This document shows positions 18,378 to 28,402 of a stretch of 64,000 bases of DNA, piece by piece. Source of the DNA: an uncultured Chloroflexia bacterium (GTDB taxonomy: Bacteria; Chloroflexota; Limnocylindria; Limnocylindrales; CSP1-4); assembly GCA_963748625.1 (NCBI GenBank), contig CAVVJT010000010.1, forward strand, positions 1,216,001 through 1,280,000, given 5' to 3'. The notes below the pieces were generated by a model. It saw only the letters and a program-made list of their open reading frames with translations. It did not search any database and was not told the DNA's origin. Position numbers and translations under genes: made by a program. The stretch's first letter is position 1, and every line of letters begins with the position of its first letter.

Positions 18378-19994
18378 CTACTCCTTGACCCCGTCGATCG
18401 CCTTGAGCACGGCTGCCGGATCAACGGTGCCGGTGAACCGGGCGACCTCCGTGTCGCCCTGGCGCACGATGACGGCGGGCCCTGCTTCGATGGCCAGCGC
18501 GACACCCTCAGCCGTCTCGGCATTGACGGCCGCCGCGGTGCCTGGGGATGCGAGGCAGGCATCGAATGCCACCACGTCGAGGCCCAGCTGGGAGGCGACC
18601 CGGAGCATCGTGTCGGTGACGAAGATGCCCGTGTCAGCGCCCTTGGCGTTGATCGCGATGATGTCGTGGAGGAGCCAGGCGGGGCCACCCTGGTCGTCGA
18701 CGCAGCGGATGGCTGCCGACGCGGTGACCGACTCCTCGCCCAGCAGCGCAAGGTCCTTCTGCACGACGCGGATCGCGCCGGACTCGGCCCGCTTGCGCAA
18801 CTCGGGCTCGAGCGTCTCGGCGATGGCCGGGGAGTCCGTTGCCTGGTAGTCCATCCACAGCTCGACGGTCACCGGCGCCGTGCTCGAGCCGGCTTCCCGG
18901 CCGCCGAGGTCCAGCGCCGCCCAAGGATCGTCGGTCGGGGCCTGGGTGGGAAGGGGCGCCGGGGTTGCGCCGGCGACGGCGGCGGCGATGGCGTCCGAGA
19001 TCTTGGCCGGATCGGGAACACCCAGGAACCGGACGCCGTTGACGTCCACAGTGGGCGTGGACTCGATGCCCGACCGGTGCCCGGCGGCGGTGTCGTCAAG
19101 GACCGCGACGAGCACGTCGTGATCGGTGAGGCAGGCTGTGAACGCCTCCGTGTCGAGGCCGATGGACCCGGCGATCTCGATGAGCCGCTCGTCGGCGAAG
19201 GCACCCTGGTTCTCGCCGTCCTGCGCGGCATAGACCGCGTCGTGCATCCACCAGTATTTGCCCTCGCGGTCGGCGCAGCGCACGGCGATGGAGGCCTGCA
19301 TGGACTCCGGGCCGATGAACGCGAAGTCCCGGTGGACCAGCTGGACGGTCCCGTCCTCGATGTACGGCAGCAGGGCGGGAATGGTCTCCTGCGCGAACTT
19401 GGAGCAGTAGGGGCACTGGTAGTCGGCCCAGTAGTCGATGACGACCGGGGCGTCGGCGTTGCCCAGGCGCGGACCGTCCGACGGGACGTCGGGACCCGCG
19501 GAGGGGATGGGGGTCACCTCGGTGCCCGTGGTCGCGGCAGGCTCCCCGCTCCCCTCGGCCGAGGCCTCGGGAGTCCCGGGGGCCTCCGTTGCCACCGCGG
19601 TGCCCTCGCCTGACACCGTCGGAGCCGTGAGGCGTCCCGAGACGAAGCCGCCACCGAACGCCACGACCACTACGAGCGCGACGGTCGCGACCACGGCGAT
19701 CCGGTTCTGCTTGCGGTTGGACGTGGCAGGGGCGCCGTCGTCGGCGAGCGGGCGCACCGGCTCGAGAACGGGGACGGACGCCGGAACCCCATCGTCTGTG
19801 GGGGGTTCAGCGGGCACGGCCTCGCCGGGGACGGCCTCGCCGGGGACGGCCTCGCCGGGGACGGCCTCGCCGACAGCGCTCGGGGCGTCCGCGGGCGTCG
19901 CCGCTGCAGCCGGTTCGGGGGTGGTGACGGGCTCGATCGGTGCAGCGGCCTCGGCGGCGCCGTCCGCACCGGGCTCGGGGAGGTTCTCATTCAC
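18378..19994 (-). CDS. Membrane-anchored DsbA-family protein with two thioredoxin-fold domains
   Basis: TM helix; LGNADAPV...ADYQCPYC...GIESTPT; second domain APVTVELWMDYQATDS; N-terminal GEAVP repeats. Confidence 0.85.
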   Translation of the reverse strand: MNENLPEPGADGAAEAAAPIEPVTTPEPAAAATPADAPSAVGEAVPGEAVPGEAVPGEAVPAEPPTDDGVPASVPVLEPVRPLADDGAPATSNRKQNRIAVVATVALVVVVAFGGGFVSGRLTAPTVSGEGTAVATEAPGTPEASAEGSGEPAATTGTEVTPIPSAGPDVPSDGPRLGNADAPVVIDYWADYQCPYCSKFAQETIPALLPYIEDGTVQLVHRDFAFIGPESMQASIAVRCADREGKYWWMHDAVYAAQDGENQGAFADERLIEIAGSIGLDTEAFTACLTDHDVLVAVLDDTAAGHRSGIESTPTVDVNGVRFLGVPDPAKISDAIAAAVAGATPAPLPTQAPTDDPWAALDLGGREAGSSTAPVTVELWMDYQATDSPAIAETLEPELRKRAESGAIRVVQKDLALLGEESVTASAAIRCVDDQGGPAWLLHDIIAINAKGADTGIFVTDTMLRVASQLGLDVVAFDACLASPGTAAAVNAETAEGVALAIEAGPAVIVRQGDTEVARFTGTVDPAAVLKAIDGVKE

Positions 19995-20361
19995 CACGCC
20001 ATGGTGCCCGATACGCGCCGGGCGCGCCGCCGACGCCACCTGATCCCGGGACGGGCCACCGGACCTGTGGAGCGCCGGCGCACGCAAGGGCGGTGCGCCG
20101 GGGCACCCGTTCACGCCGCGATAGGACTACCGGGTCCCTGTTCGAGCTGCCCCGTCGGGGGTATCCCTACGAGCGTGAGCGTAGGGCACCGATGGCGCCC
20201 TTCCTCCGCCTACGGACCGACCACGTGCAGATCCGCCCGATCCCGCGCGCCGCAGCACGCTCTCCGGACCCGATCCGGACAGGCGGCGGCGCCATGTGCA
20301 CGATCGCCGTCGTGGCCGTGCACGGCGCGGTCGCCTTCGCGCCTGCACAGGTGCCAGCGCC

Positions 20362-21657
20362 ATGGGCCTGACGCTGACGGGGCGCGAACGGGACCTTGAC
20401 GCCGCCCTTGCCGCGATGCCCCGGCGCGCCACCCTCCTGCGCCTCTACACGGCAGCGACGATCGCCATCGGGGTCACCGCCCTCGTGGTGGCCACCATCG
20501 TCTGGGGTCTTGATCCGGCCATCGCCATTCCCGGCCTCCCGCCCGAAGTTGCGGCCGTCGCCGGCCTCGGCGCCTGGGTCGGGTTCGGCCTCGTCGGCGG
20601 GACACGGATGCTGCGCGACCCGGGCGGGCACGTCGTGCTCACCTTCCATCTGCCGTTCATCGTCGCCGCGATGATTGTCGGAGGGCCGGTGGCCGGGGCC
20701 TGGGTCGCCTTCCTCGCCACCTTCGACGCGCGTGAGCTGCGCGAGGCGCCCTGGTACGGAATCCTGGCCAACCATGCGGGGCTCGCGCTGGCGGCGCTCG
20801 TGGGCGGGCTGGTCGCCTGGGCCCTGGCCGAAGCAGGTGTGGCCATCGGCCTCGAGCACGGCCTCGCCCTCGACATGGTGGGCGCCATCATCGGCAGCCT
20901 GGTCCTGGCGGGACTCACCGCGGTGTTCGCGGGCGGCGTGGTCGTCCTGCGTGACGGCCTGACACCGCGCGAGACGGCAACGGTCCTGGCCCGCGGCATG
21001 CGCACGACGGCGCTCGCGGAGACGCTCCTCGGCTGGCTGATGGCCATCGCCTGGATCGCCGTGGGCTGGTGGACCCCGGCCCTGTGCACCGTGGTCGTCC
21101 TCGCGCTCTGGCGCGCTGCCCGCACGGAGGCCCTCCTCGACCATGACGACCTCACGGGCGTCCTCACCGCTCGGGCGTTCGCCTTGCGTGTCGCCGAGGC
21201 CGCCGACCGCGCCCGGCGCGGCGTCGAGGGCGGCGCCTACCTGTTCCTCGATCTCGATGGCTTCAAGGCCGTGAACGACGGCCCGCGCAACCACCTGATC
21301 GGCGACCAGGTGCTCGCCGAGCTGGGGCGCCGCCTGCGCCGGTCGGTCCGCGTGACCGATGCCGTGGGACGCCGGGGAGGCGACGAGTTCATGGTCCTGT
21401 TCACCGGCGTGGGCGACCAGGCCACGGCCCAGCGCCTCACCGAGCGGATCGCCGAGGTCATCACCCAGCCGTATCCCACCGACGACGGCGAGCACCGGAT
21501 CGGCGTGTCGATCGGCGTGGCCATGCTCACGCCCGGCCGGCGAGACTTCGAGCCGGACGTCCGCCAGCACGCGGACGCGGCGATGTACGCGGCCAAGGCC
21601 GCCGGCGGTGGCGTTCGCGTCTGGACCGAGCTGGACGAGCCCTCGACCCTGATCTGA
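20362..21657 (+). CDS. Membrane-bound diguanylate cyclase
   Basis: Multi-TM N-terminus; DDLTGVL, FLDLDGFKAVND, intact GRRGGDEF, ADAAMYAAK. Confidence 0.9.
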   Translation: MGLTLTGRERDLDAALAAMPRRATLLRLYTAATIAIGVTALVVATIVWGLDPAIAIPGLPPEVAAVAGLGAWVGFGLVGGTRMLRDPGGHVVLTFHLPFIVAAMIVGGPVAGAWVAFLATFDARELREAPWYGILANHAGLALAALVGGLVAWALAEAGVAIGLEHGLALDMVGAIIGSLVLAGLTAVFAGGVVVLRDGLTPRETATVLARGMRTTALAETLLGWLMAIAWIAVGWWTPALCTVVVLALWRAARTEALLDHDDLTGVLTARAFALRVAEAADRARRGVEGGAYLFLDLDGFKAVNDGPRNHLIGDQVLAELGRRLRRSVRVTDAVGRRGGDEFMVLFTGVGDQATAQRLTERIAEVITQPYPTDDGEHRIGVSIGVAMLTPGRRDFEPDVRQHADAAMYAAKAAGGGVRVWTELDEPSTLI

Positions 21658-21678
21658 GGCGCGTCGCATACTGCCCGT

Positions 21679-23388
21679 GTGACGGTCGATCCCTCGCTCA
21701 AAGCCCCCGGCGGCCCGCCCCGGCAACCGCCTGCCGACCATCCTGGCGACGCGTTCCTGCGCCGCCAGGAGGAGCAGCGTCTGCGCCTGCGGCTCCTGGC
21801 GACCTCGCTGGCCCAGCCGCTCGACGCCCGCGGCGTGGCGATCGCCGTCCTCGAGGCCGCCTGCAACGTCCTGGGCGCCAGGCAGGCCTGGGTGGGGCTC
21901 GTCACGCCCGACGGGTCCGCGCTCGAGCTCCTCCACGCGGTCGGCTACAGCGAGCCCGCCGTGGCCCCGTGGCTCCGGGTCCCGCTGCACGCGCCCGTGC
22001 CCATGACCCGCGCCGTCGTGACCGGCCAGCCGATCTACCACCCGTCGGCGGCGGCCCGGCACACGGAGTTCCCGGTCCTCGCAGGACCGGCAGAGCAGGT
22101 GTCCGAGGCTGAGGCGTCGGCCGTCATCCCCTTCGTCTTCGAAGGGCGCGGGACCGGGGCCTTGGGCATCTCATTTCCCGAGCAGCGGGATCTCGACCCG
22201 GACGAGCGCTGGTTCCTCGAGTCACTGGGAGCCCAGGCCTCACAGGGAATCGAGCGTGCTGCCCTCTTCGCGGAGCTGCGCGAGCGTGATGCGCGCCTCC
22301 AGTCCGCCCTCGAGGCGTCCGGCACCGGGACGTGGGACTGGGATTTCGAGACCGGGACGCTCATCTGGTCCGACGAGGTCTTCCGGCTGCACGGGCTCCC
22401 CATCACGGGCTCACCACCCGCGATGTCCGAATGGCTCGCCATGCTCCATGACGACGATCGCCGGGACGTGGAGGCCAAGGTCAGGGCCTGCCTGGAAGCC
22501 GGCGGCGCCTATGAGGCCGAGTTCCGCGTCCGGCGGGCGGACGGCCAGGAGCGCTGGCTCCACAGCGCCGGGCGCACGGAGAACGGACTGGATGGCCGCC
22601 CCGCACGCCTGTTGGGCACGACGCTTGACGTCACCGAGCGCCGGCATGCGGAGGACGAGCGGGCACGCGCCGTGGAGGCCGAGCGCGAGGTCGCGCGGAT
22701 GCGTGATGCGTTCACCGGCGTGGTCTCCCACGAGCTGCGCACACCGATCACCACCATCTATGGCGGCGCCCGTGTGCTCGCCCGCCAGTGGCGCGACATG
22801 GAACCCGACACCAGGGATGGAATCCTGGGCGATCTCGTGGCCGAGGCCGACCGCCTCTACCGCCTGGTGGAGGACCTCCTGGTGCTGACGCGCGTGGAAC
22901 GGGGCGCACTCGACATCGGCGACGAGCCGGTCCACCTTGGCCGCATCGTGGAGCGCGTCGTCGCCTCGGAGAGCCCGCGCTGGAACGGGGTGGAGTTCAG
23001 CTGCCGCGTGCCGCCGGACCTCCCTTCGATCGCGGGTGAGGAGACCTACATCGAGCAGGTGCTGCGCAACCTCCTGGGCAATGCGGCCAAGTACGGCGGC
23101 ACGGGGACGACGGTCACCATCGAGATGGCGGCGGAGGGGCCGGACGTGATCCTTCGGGTGCTCGACGAGGGTCCCGGCATCGAGGCGGCCGACACCGAGC
23201 ACCTGTTCGAGCTGTTCTACCGTGCCCCGTCCACGGCGGCGTCCGTGTCCGGGGCAGGAATCGGGCTGTTCGTGTGCCGCCAGCTGGTGGAGGCGATGGG
23301 CGGCACGATCCGGGCGGAACGCCGACCGTTGCGGGGGGCGGCGTTCATCGTGACGCTGCCGCGCTACGAGGACGATGGGGCCGCGTAG
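21679..23388 (+). CDS. Cytoplasmic GAF-PAS sensor histidine kinase
   Basis: GAF, PAS (GTWDWD...WSDEVFRLHG), SHELRTPIT, NLLGNAAKY, GAGIGLFV. Confidence 0.9.
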   Translation: MTVDPSLKAPGGPPRQPPADHPGDAFLRRQEEQRLRLRLLATSLAQPLDARGVAIAVLEAACNVLGARQAWVGLVTPDGSALELLHAVGYSEPAVAPWLRVPLHAPVPMTRAVVTGQPIYHPSAAARHTEFPVLAGPAEQVSEAEASAVIPFVFEGRGTGALGISFPEQRDLDPDERWFLESLGAQASQGIERAALFAELRERDARLQSALEASGTGTWDWDFETGTLIWSDEVFRLHGLPITGSPPAMSEWLAMLHDDDRRDVEAKVRACLEAGGAYEAEFRVRRADGQERWLHSAGRTENGLDGRPARLLGTTLDVTERRHAEDERARAVEAEREVARMRDAFTGVVSHELRTPITTIYGGARVLARQWRDMEPDTRDGILGDLVAEADRLYRLVEDLLVLTRVERGALDIGDEPVHLGRIVERVVASESPRWNGVEFSCRVPPDLPSIAGEETYIEQVLRNLLGNAAKYGGTGTTVTIEMAAEGPDVILRVLDEGPGIEAADTEHLFELFYRAPSTAASVSGAGIGLFVCRQLVEAMGGTIRAERRPLRGAAFIVTLPRYEDDGAA

Positions 23389-23511
23389 CCCAGCAGCAGC
23401 GGTTGCAGTGGCTGCACCGCGCCGCTACCGGCCCGCAACATCCGGCTCCCGACACCCTCCGGTATCCTACGGAGGTTCCCACAGATTCGTGACAAACGGA
23501 CGGTGATGCCC

Positions 23512-24663
23512 ATGAAGGTCGGCGTTGCCAAGGAGACGGCGGCCGGAGAGCGGCGCGTCGCCTTGGTGCCCGAAGCGCTCGGCAAGCTGACAGCAGCCGG
23601 GCTCGAGATCCTCGTCGAGACCGGCGCCGGCGCCGGCGCCATGATCCCCGACTCCGCCTACACCGAGGCCGGAGCGACGATTGTTGGCACCGCCGACCTC
23701 TACGCTGGCGCCGACGTCATCCTGCGCGTCCAGAAGCCCTCGGCGGCAGAGGCCGGCAGCCTGCGCTCCGGCCAGACCGTGGTCGGGCTGCTCGCTCCCC
23801 TGCTCGATCCCGGGCTGATGGGCACCCTGGCCGGGGCCGGCGTGACGGCCGTGAGCCTCGATGCCATTCCGCGCACGCTGTCGCGGGCGCAGACCATGGA
23901 CGCCCTGTCCTCGCAGGCGAACACCGGCGGCTACAAGGCCGTCCTGATCGCGGCGAACACGTACGGACGCTACTTCCCGATGCTGACCACCGCGGCCGGC
24001 ACGGCGAAGCCCGCCAACGTGCTCATCCTCGGCATCGGTGTCGCCGGCCTCCAGGCGATCGGCACCGCCCGCCGCCTGGGTGCCGTGGTCGCCGCGTACG
24101 ACGTCCGCCCCGAGACCGCCGAGCAGGCCGAGTCGCTGGGCGCCAAGTTCGTGAAGCTCAAGACGGCCATCGACGCCACCGGCGCCGGCGGCTACGCCCG
24201 CGAGCTGACCGCCGAGGAGCGCGCCGCGCAGCAGGCCGACCTCAACGAGGTCATCGGCAACCAGGACGTGGTCATCACCACGGCCCAGGTCCCCGGCCGC
24301 AAGCCCCCGGTCCTCGTGACCGCCGACGCCGTGCGCGCCATGCGCCCGGGCTCGGTGATCGTGGACATGGCGGCGAGCGCCCTCGGCGGGAACTGCGAGC
24401 TCTCGGTGGCCGGCGAGACGGTCGTGACCGAGAACGGCGTGACGATCGTCGCCCCGGAGAACCTGCCGGCCTCCATGCCCCTCTCCGCCTCCCAGTTCTA
24501 CGCCCGCAACATCTCCTCGCTGCTCCTCAACATGGTCAAGGACGGGAACCTCCACCTCGACTTCGAGGAGGAGGTCACCAAGGCCACCGTCATCACCCAC
24601 GGCGGCGCAGTCGTGTCCGAGGCCGTGGCCAAGCTCCTCGCCCCGGCCGGAGGTGCCGCATGA
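23512..24663 (+). CDS. pntA: NAD(P) transhydrogenase subunit alpha, part 1
   Basis: KETAAGERRVALVP, RAQTMDALSSQAN, GIGVAGLQAIGTARRLGA, GGYARE, ITTAQVPG. Confidence 0.95.
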   Translation: MKVGVAKETAAGERRVALVPEALGKLTAAGLEILVETGAGAGAMIPDSAYTEAGATIVGTADLYAGADVILRVQKPSAAEAGSLRSGQTVVGLLAPLLDPGLMGTLAGAGVTAVSLDAIPRTLSRAQTMDALSSQANTGGYKAVLIAANTYGRYFPMLTTAAGTAKPANVLILGIGVAGLQAIGTARRLGAVVAAYDVRPETAEQAESLGAKFVKLKTAIDATGAGGYARELTAEERAAQQADLNEVIGNQDVVITTAQVPGRKPPVLVTADAVRAMRPGSVIVDMAASALGGNCELSVAGETVVTENGVTIVAPENLPASMPLSASQFYARNISSLLLNMVKDGNLHLDFEEEVTKATVITHGGAVVSEAVAKLLAPAGGAA

Positions 24664-24983
24664 GCAGCACGTCGATGCCCATCGACCTCGCGTTCACGAT
24701 CTTCGTGCTCGCGATCCTGTGCGGCATCGCGGTCATCTCGAAGGTGCCCGCGACGCTCCACACGCCGTTGATGTCCGGCGCGAACTCCATCCACGGCATC
24801 GTGCTGGTGGGCGCCATGATCATCGCGGTGGTGGCGGACAACCCGCTCTCCTACTTCATCGCCTTCGTCGCCGTCGCCTTCGCGACGCTCAACGTGGTCG
24901 GCGGCTACGTCGTCACCGACCGCATGCTCCAGATGTTCAAGCGCAAGCCCACGGCACCCAAGGCCGAGAAGGCGGAGGACTGA
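24660..24983 (+). CDS. pntA: NAD(P) transhydrogenase subunit alpha, part 2 (membrane)
   Basis: KVPATLHTPLMSGANSIHG, NVVGGYVVTDRMLQMF; ATGA overlap. Confidence 0.95.
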   Translation: MSSTSMPIDLAFTIFVLAILCGIAVISKVPATLHTPLMSGANSIHGIVLVGAMIIAVVADNPLSYFIAFVAVAFATLNVVGGYVVTDRMLQMFKRKPTAPKAEKAED

Positions 24984-24985
24984 CC

Positions 24986-26410
24986 GTGGACATGTCGCCT
25001 CTCGAGGCACTCGTGCGGCTGGCGTGGCTGCTGGCCGCCGTCGGATTCGTCGTGGGCCTGTCGCGGATGAACTCGCCCGCGACCGCGCGCAACGGCAACC
25101 TCATCTCGGCTGGGGGCATGGTGCTGGCGGTCGGCGCGACCGCGGTGCTGCTCCTGTTCGAGCCGCCGACGGGCTCCTTCAACATCACGGGCTGGGTGAT
25201 CATCCTCGCGGGCATCGCGGTCGGCGGTGGCTACGGCCTGTACTCCGCGCGCACCGTGAAGATGACCGCGATGCCCCAGCTGGTGTCGCTGTTCAACGCG
25301 GTGGGCGGCGGGGCGGCGGCCCTCATCGCCATCGACGAGTACCTGCGCCACGCGGGCGAGATCCCCGGGCTCCAGGAGAACGTGGCGACCGTCCTGGACA
25401 TCGTCATCGGCTCCGTCACGTTCACCGGGTCGCTGATCGCGTCGGGCAAGCTGATGGGCCTCAAGATCACGCCGTCGCGCCCGGTCATGATCCCGGGCGG
25501 CCGCATCGTCACCGCGCTGCTCGCGCTGGTCGTGGTGGCGGGTTCGATCTACCTGTTCACCGGCAACTACTCGCTCGCCGTCATGGGGGCGATCCTGGTC
25601 GCGGCGTTGATCTTCGGCATCACGATGACGCTGCCCATCGGCGGCGCGGACATGCCGGTCGTGATCTCGCTGCTCAACTCGTTCACGGGCACCGCGGTCG
25701 CCATGGCCGGCTTCGTGCTCAACAACCCGGTCCTGATCATCGCGGGCGCCCTCGTGGGCGCATCGGGCGCGATCCTGACCAAGCTCATGGCCGACGCCAT
25801 GAACCGCTCGATCCTGAACATCATGCTCGGCGGCTTCGGCGGCGGGGATTCGGCAGGCACCGCGGTCGCGGGCCCCGGAGGCTCCGTGCGCGAGGTCTCC
25901 ATGGACGACGCGGCCATCCAGCTCGCGTACGCCCAGCATGTGATCGTGGTCCCGGGCTACGGGCTCGCAGTCGCCCAGGCCCAGCACGCGGTCCGCGAGC
26001 TGGCCGAGCTGCTCGAGGACAAGGGCGTGGACGTGAAGTACGCGATCCACCCTGTTGCCGGCCGGATGCCCGGGCACATGAACGTGCTCCTGGCCGAGGC
26101 CAACGTCCCCTATCCCCAGCTCAGGGAGATGGAGGACATCAACCCCGAGTTCGACCGCTGCGACGTGGCCCTGGTCATCGGCGCGAACGACGTCACGAAC
26201 CCTGCCGCGCGCCGGCCGGGATCGCCGGTGTCGGGCATGCCGATCCTGGACGTGGACCACGCGAAGAACATCATCGTGATGAAGCGGTCGATGGGGAAGG
26301 GCTACGCCGGCATCGACAACGAGCTCTACACCAACCCCAAGACGGGCATGCTCTTCGCCGATGCGAAGGCGGGCCTGGCCGAGCTGATCAACGCGGTGAA
26401 GGCGTTCTAG
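24986..26410 (+). CDS. pntB: NAD(P) transhydrogenase subunit beta
   Basis: MTAMPQLV, PIGGADMPVVISLLNS, AIHPVAGRMPGHMNVLLAEA, IGANDVTNP. Confidence 0.95.
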   Translation: MDMSPLEALVRLAWLLAAVGFVVGLSRMNSPATARNGNLISAGGMVLAVGATAVLLLFEPPTGSFNITGWVIILAGIAVGGGYGLYSARTVKMTAMPQLVSLFNAVGGGAAALIAIDEYLRHAGEIPGLQENVATVLDIVIGSVTFTGSLIASGKLMGLKITPSRPVMIPGGRIVTALLALVVVAGSIYLFTGNYSLAVMGAILVAALIFGITMTLPIGGADMPVVISLLNSFTGTAVAMAGFVLNNPVLIIAGALVGASGAILTKLMADAMNRSILNIMLGGFGGGDSAGTAVAGPGGSVREVSMDDAAIQLAYAQHVIVVPGYGLAVAQAQHAVRELAELLEDKGVDVKYAIHPVAGRMPGHMNVLLAEANVPYPQLREMEDINPEFDRCDVALVIGANDVTNPAARRPGSPVSGMPILDVDHAKNIIVMKRSMGKGYAGIDNELYTNPKTGMLFADAKAGLAELINAVKAF

Positions 26411-26438
26411 GACTCCTTCGCGTCAACCAGCGCACAAG

Positions 26439-26474
26439 GAACGGCCCCGGCGGAGCGATCCGCCGGGGCCGTTC
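26439..26474 (+). terminator. Terminator hairpin after pnt operon
   Basis: GAACGGCCCCGGCGGA-gcga-TCCGCCGGGGCCGTTC perfect 16-bp stem. Confidence 0.75.
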
Positions 26475-26747
26475 TGCGTCCCAGGCCAGGGCGGTGGGGC
26501 CCAGCGCGGGTGCGCGCGGGGTTGTGGGGCCCGGGTGCGCGGCCAGCGCGCCAACCAGCGCCTGACCTGTCATTTCGGAGCGGCCAGAGCGCAACAACGT
26601 GCCTCCCGGACCCGAGACCCCCAGTTCCGGCACGGTGGGCGCGCACGAATCGCACGGCACCCGATGGTTCACACGGTGAGCGCGCATCCGGGGCCGGTGC
26701 CGCCGACTGGGCGTCGCCCGACTGGGCGCGCCCGACTGGATGGCGCC

Positions 26748-27350
26748 TCAGGGGATCGGCGGCGTCGTCTTCGTCCCTGTTGGCCCCAGCACGAAGGGCG
26801 CGCCCCGGATGGCGAACTCCTGGCCCGCCACAGCCCAGTTGACGGTGACGATGAGGGTCGCCTTCGTCGTGGGGGCGGGGGCGGCGGGCGCTCGCTGGGT
26901 GGGCACGGTGAGCAGCGCGCAGTCGGCGCCCGTCCGCACTGTCGCGTCGAAGACCGGCGAGGCGGTCGTCGGCCCTGCATCGGCGGTGGTGCTCACAGCC
27001 AGCTCGACCGCGCTCACGATGGTGTTTGCGCCATTCTTGAAGCACCGCTCGAAGCCGCGCAGCTCGGCGGCCTCGGCGAACGTGCTGACCTGCAGATCCG
27101 GCGCCGCCACCACGAACTGCGGGCCGGTGGTCGCCTTGCGGAGCGTCACGCCACTCGTGCTGATCTGGAACGTGAGCCCCGCAATCGAGTTCTGCTGGGG
27201 CCAGGCGCCGCTGCCGACCGACACGAGCGTCTCGCCCGGCGGCCGCACGAACTCGGAGCTGGTGCGTCCGTCGAGCCTTTCCGCGTTGGGGTCGGCGACC
27301 TTGGCGGCGGAGTTGACCTTGAGCGGGGCCAGCCCCGGCAGGGGCAGGTT
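26748..27350 (-). pseudogene. 5'-truncated remnant of a secreted/surface protein
   Basis: Protein-like reading frame from PLKVNSAAKVADPNAERLDG with no credible start or signal peptide; abuts the ddl stop. Confidence 0.45.
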
Positions 27351-27394
27351 ACGCGCAGTTGGCAGACGCGGCGACGGTCGGGACGCGGCGACGG

Positions 27395-28402
27395 TCAGGA
27401 CCCGTCGGCTGCCGGCAGCGCCTGGCCCTGGTGTCGCGTCACGGCCGTCTCCACCAGCGTGCTCACGACCGTCTCGAACGACAGGCCCGCCGCACGCCAC
27501 ATGCGCGGGAACTGCGAGTGCTCGGTGAAGCCCGGGAAGGTGTTGACCTCGTTGACGACGGGACCCCGGCGCTCGTCCACGATGACATCAACCCGGGCCA
27601 GGCCCTCGCACTCGAGGGCCTCGAACGCTCGGAGCGCCAGGTCCGCGAGCTCGGTGGCGAGGCCGGGATCCACCGGCGCCGGGACGAGGAACCGCGTCCG
27701 ATCGCTCCGGTACTTCGCGGCGGTGCTGAAGAACGGCTCGCCCGGATCCGGCTCGATCTGCAGCAAGGGGCTCACGGCCGTCGTCCCGTCGGGGCGCACC
27801 ATCACCCCGGCATCGATCTCCCGGCCGCGGAGCTCGGACTCCAGCAGCACCGTGGCGCCGTATGCCGCCGCCGTGGCGATCGCGGGCTGCAGGGCCTCGA
27901 GGCGGGTCGCGCGCGTCACCCCGTAGCTGGAGCCACCGCGCACAGGCTTCACGAACAGCGGCAGCCCCAGCTCCTCGATGAGCCCGGCGGCGTCAGACGT
28001 GCTCACCCGGCAGCCGACCACCCGTCCCGGCGCGACGGGGATGCCAGCCGCCGCGAGCACGAGCTTGGTGCGCTGCTTGTCCATGCACGTGGCCGATGCC
28101 GCCACCCCGCTGCCCACGTACGGGACGCCGACGGTGTCGAGGAAGCCCTGCACGGTCCCGTCCTCGCCCCACGGACCGTGGAGCGCCGGGACCGCGACAT
28201 CGGCCGCCAGCAGGGCCTGGAGCGCGGGGCCGAGACCCGGCCGCCCGTCCGTGCGCCAGCCACCGTCCCGGGACACGTCACAGCACGCCACGCTCCAGCC
28301 GAGCGACCGGAGCGCCGTTGCGATCGCCTGCCCGCCGGCCACGGAGACGTCATGCTCGGCCCCCGGGCCGCCGCTGATCACCACGGCCCGTCCCGGCCTC
28401 AT
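27395..28402 (-). CDS. ddl: D-alanine--D-alanine ligase
   Basis: GGPGAEHDVS, LHGPWGEDGTVQG, CMDK, KPVRGGSSYGV, AKY omega loop, ARVD, NEVNTFPGFT. Confidence 0.92.
   Translation of the reverse strand: MRPGRAVVISGGPGAEHDVSVAGGQAIATALRSLGWSVACCDVSRDGGWRTDGRPGLGPALQALLAADVAVPALHGPWGEDGTVQGFLDTVGVPYVGSGVAASATCMDKQRTKLVLAAAGIPVAPGRVVGCRVSTSDAAGLIEELGLPLFVKPVRGGSSYGVTRATRLEALQPAIATAAAYGATVLLESELRGREIDAGVMVRPDGTTAVSPLLQIEPDPGEPFFSTAAKYRSDRTRFLVPAPVDPGLATELADLALRAFEALECEGLARVDVIVDERRGPVVNEVNTFPGFTEHSQFPRMWRAAGLSFETVVSTLVETAVTRHQGQALPAADGS

Noticed and set aside
26480-26740. Intergenic GC-rich stretch (and 10600-10800) as further copies of the 140-bp element
   Set aside because: Only vague GTGCGC/GCGCAC similarity; could not be aligned by eye.
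27395-28402. Calling the ligase VanA/VanB (D-Ala-D-Lac)
   Set aside because: Omega-loop Tyr retained and no vanH/vanX.
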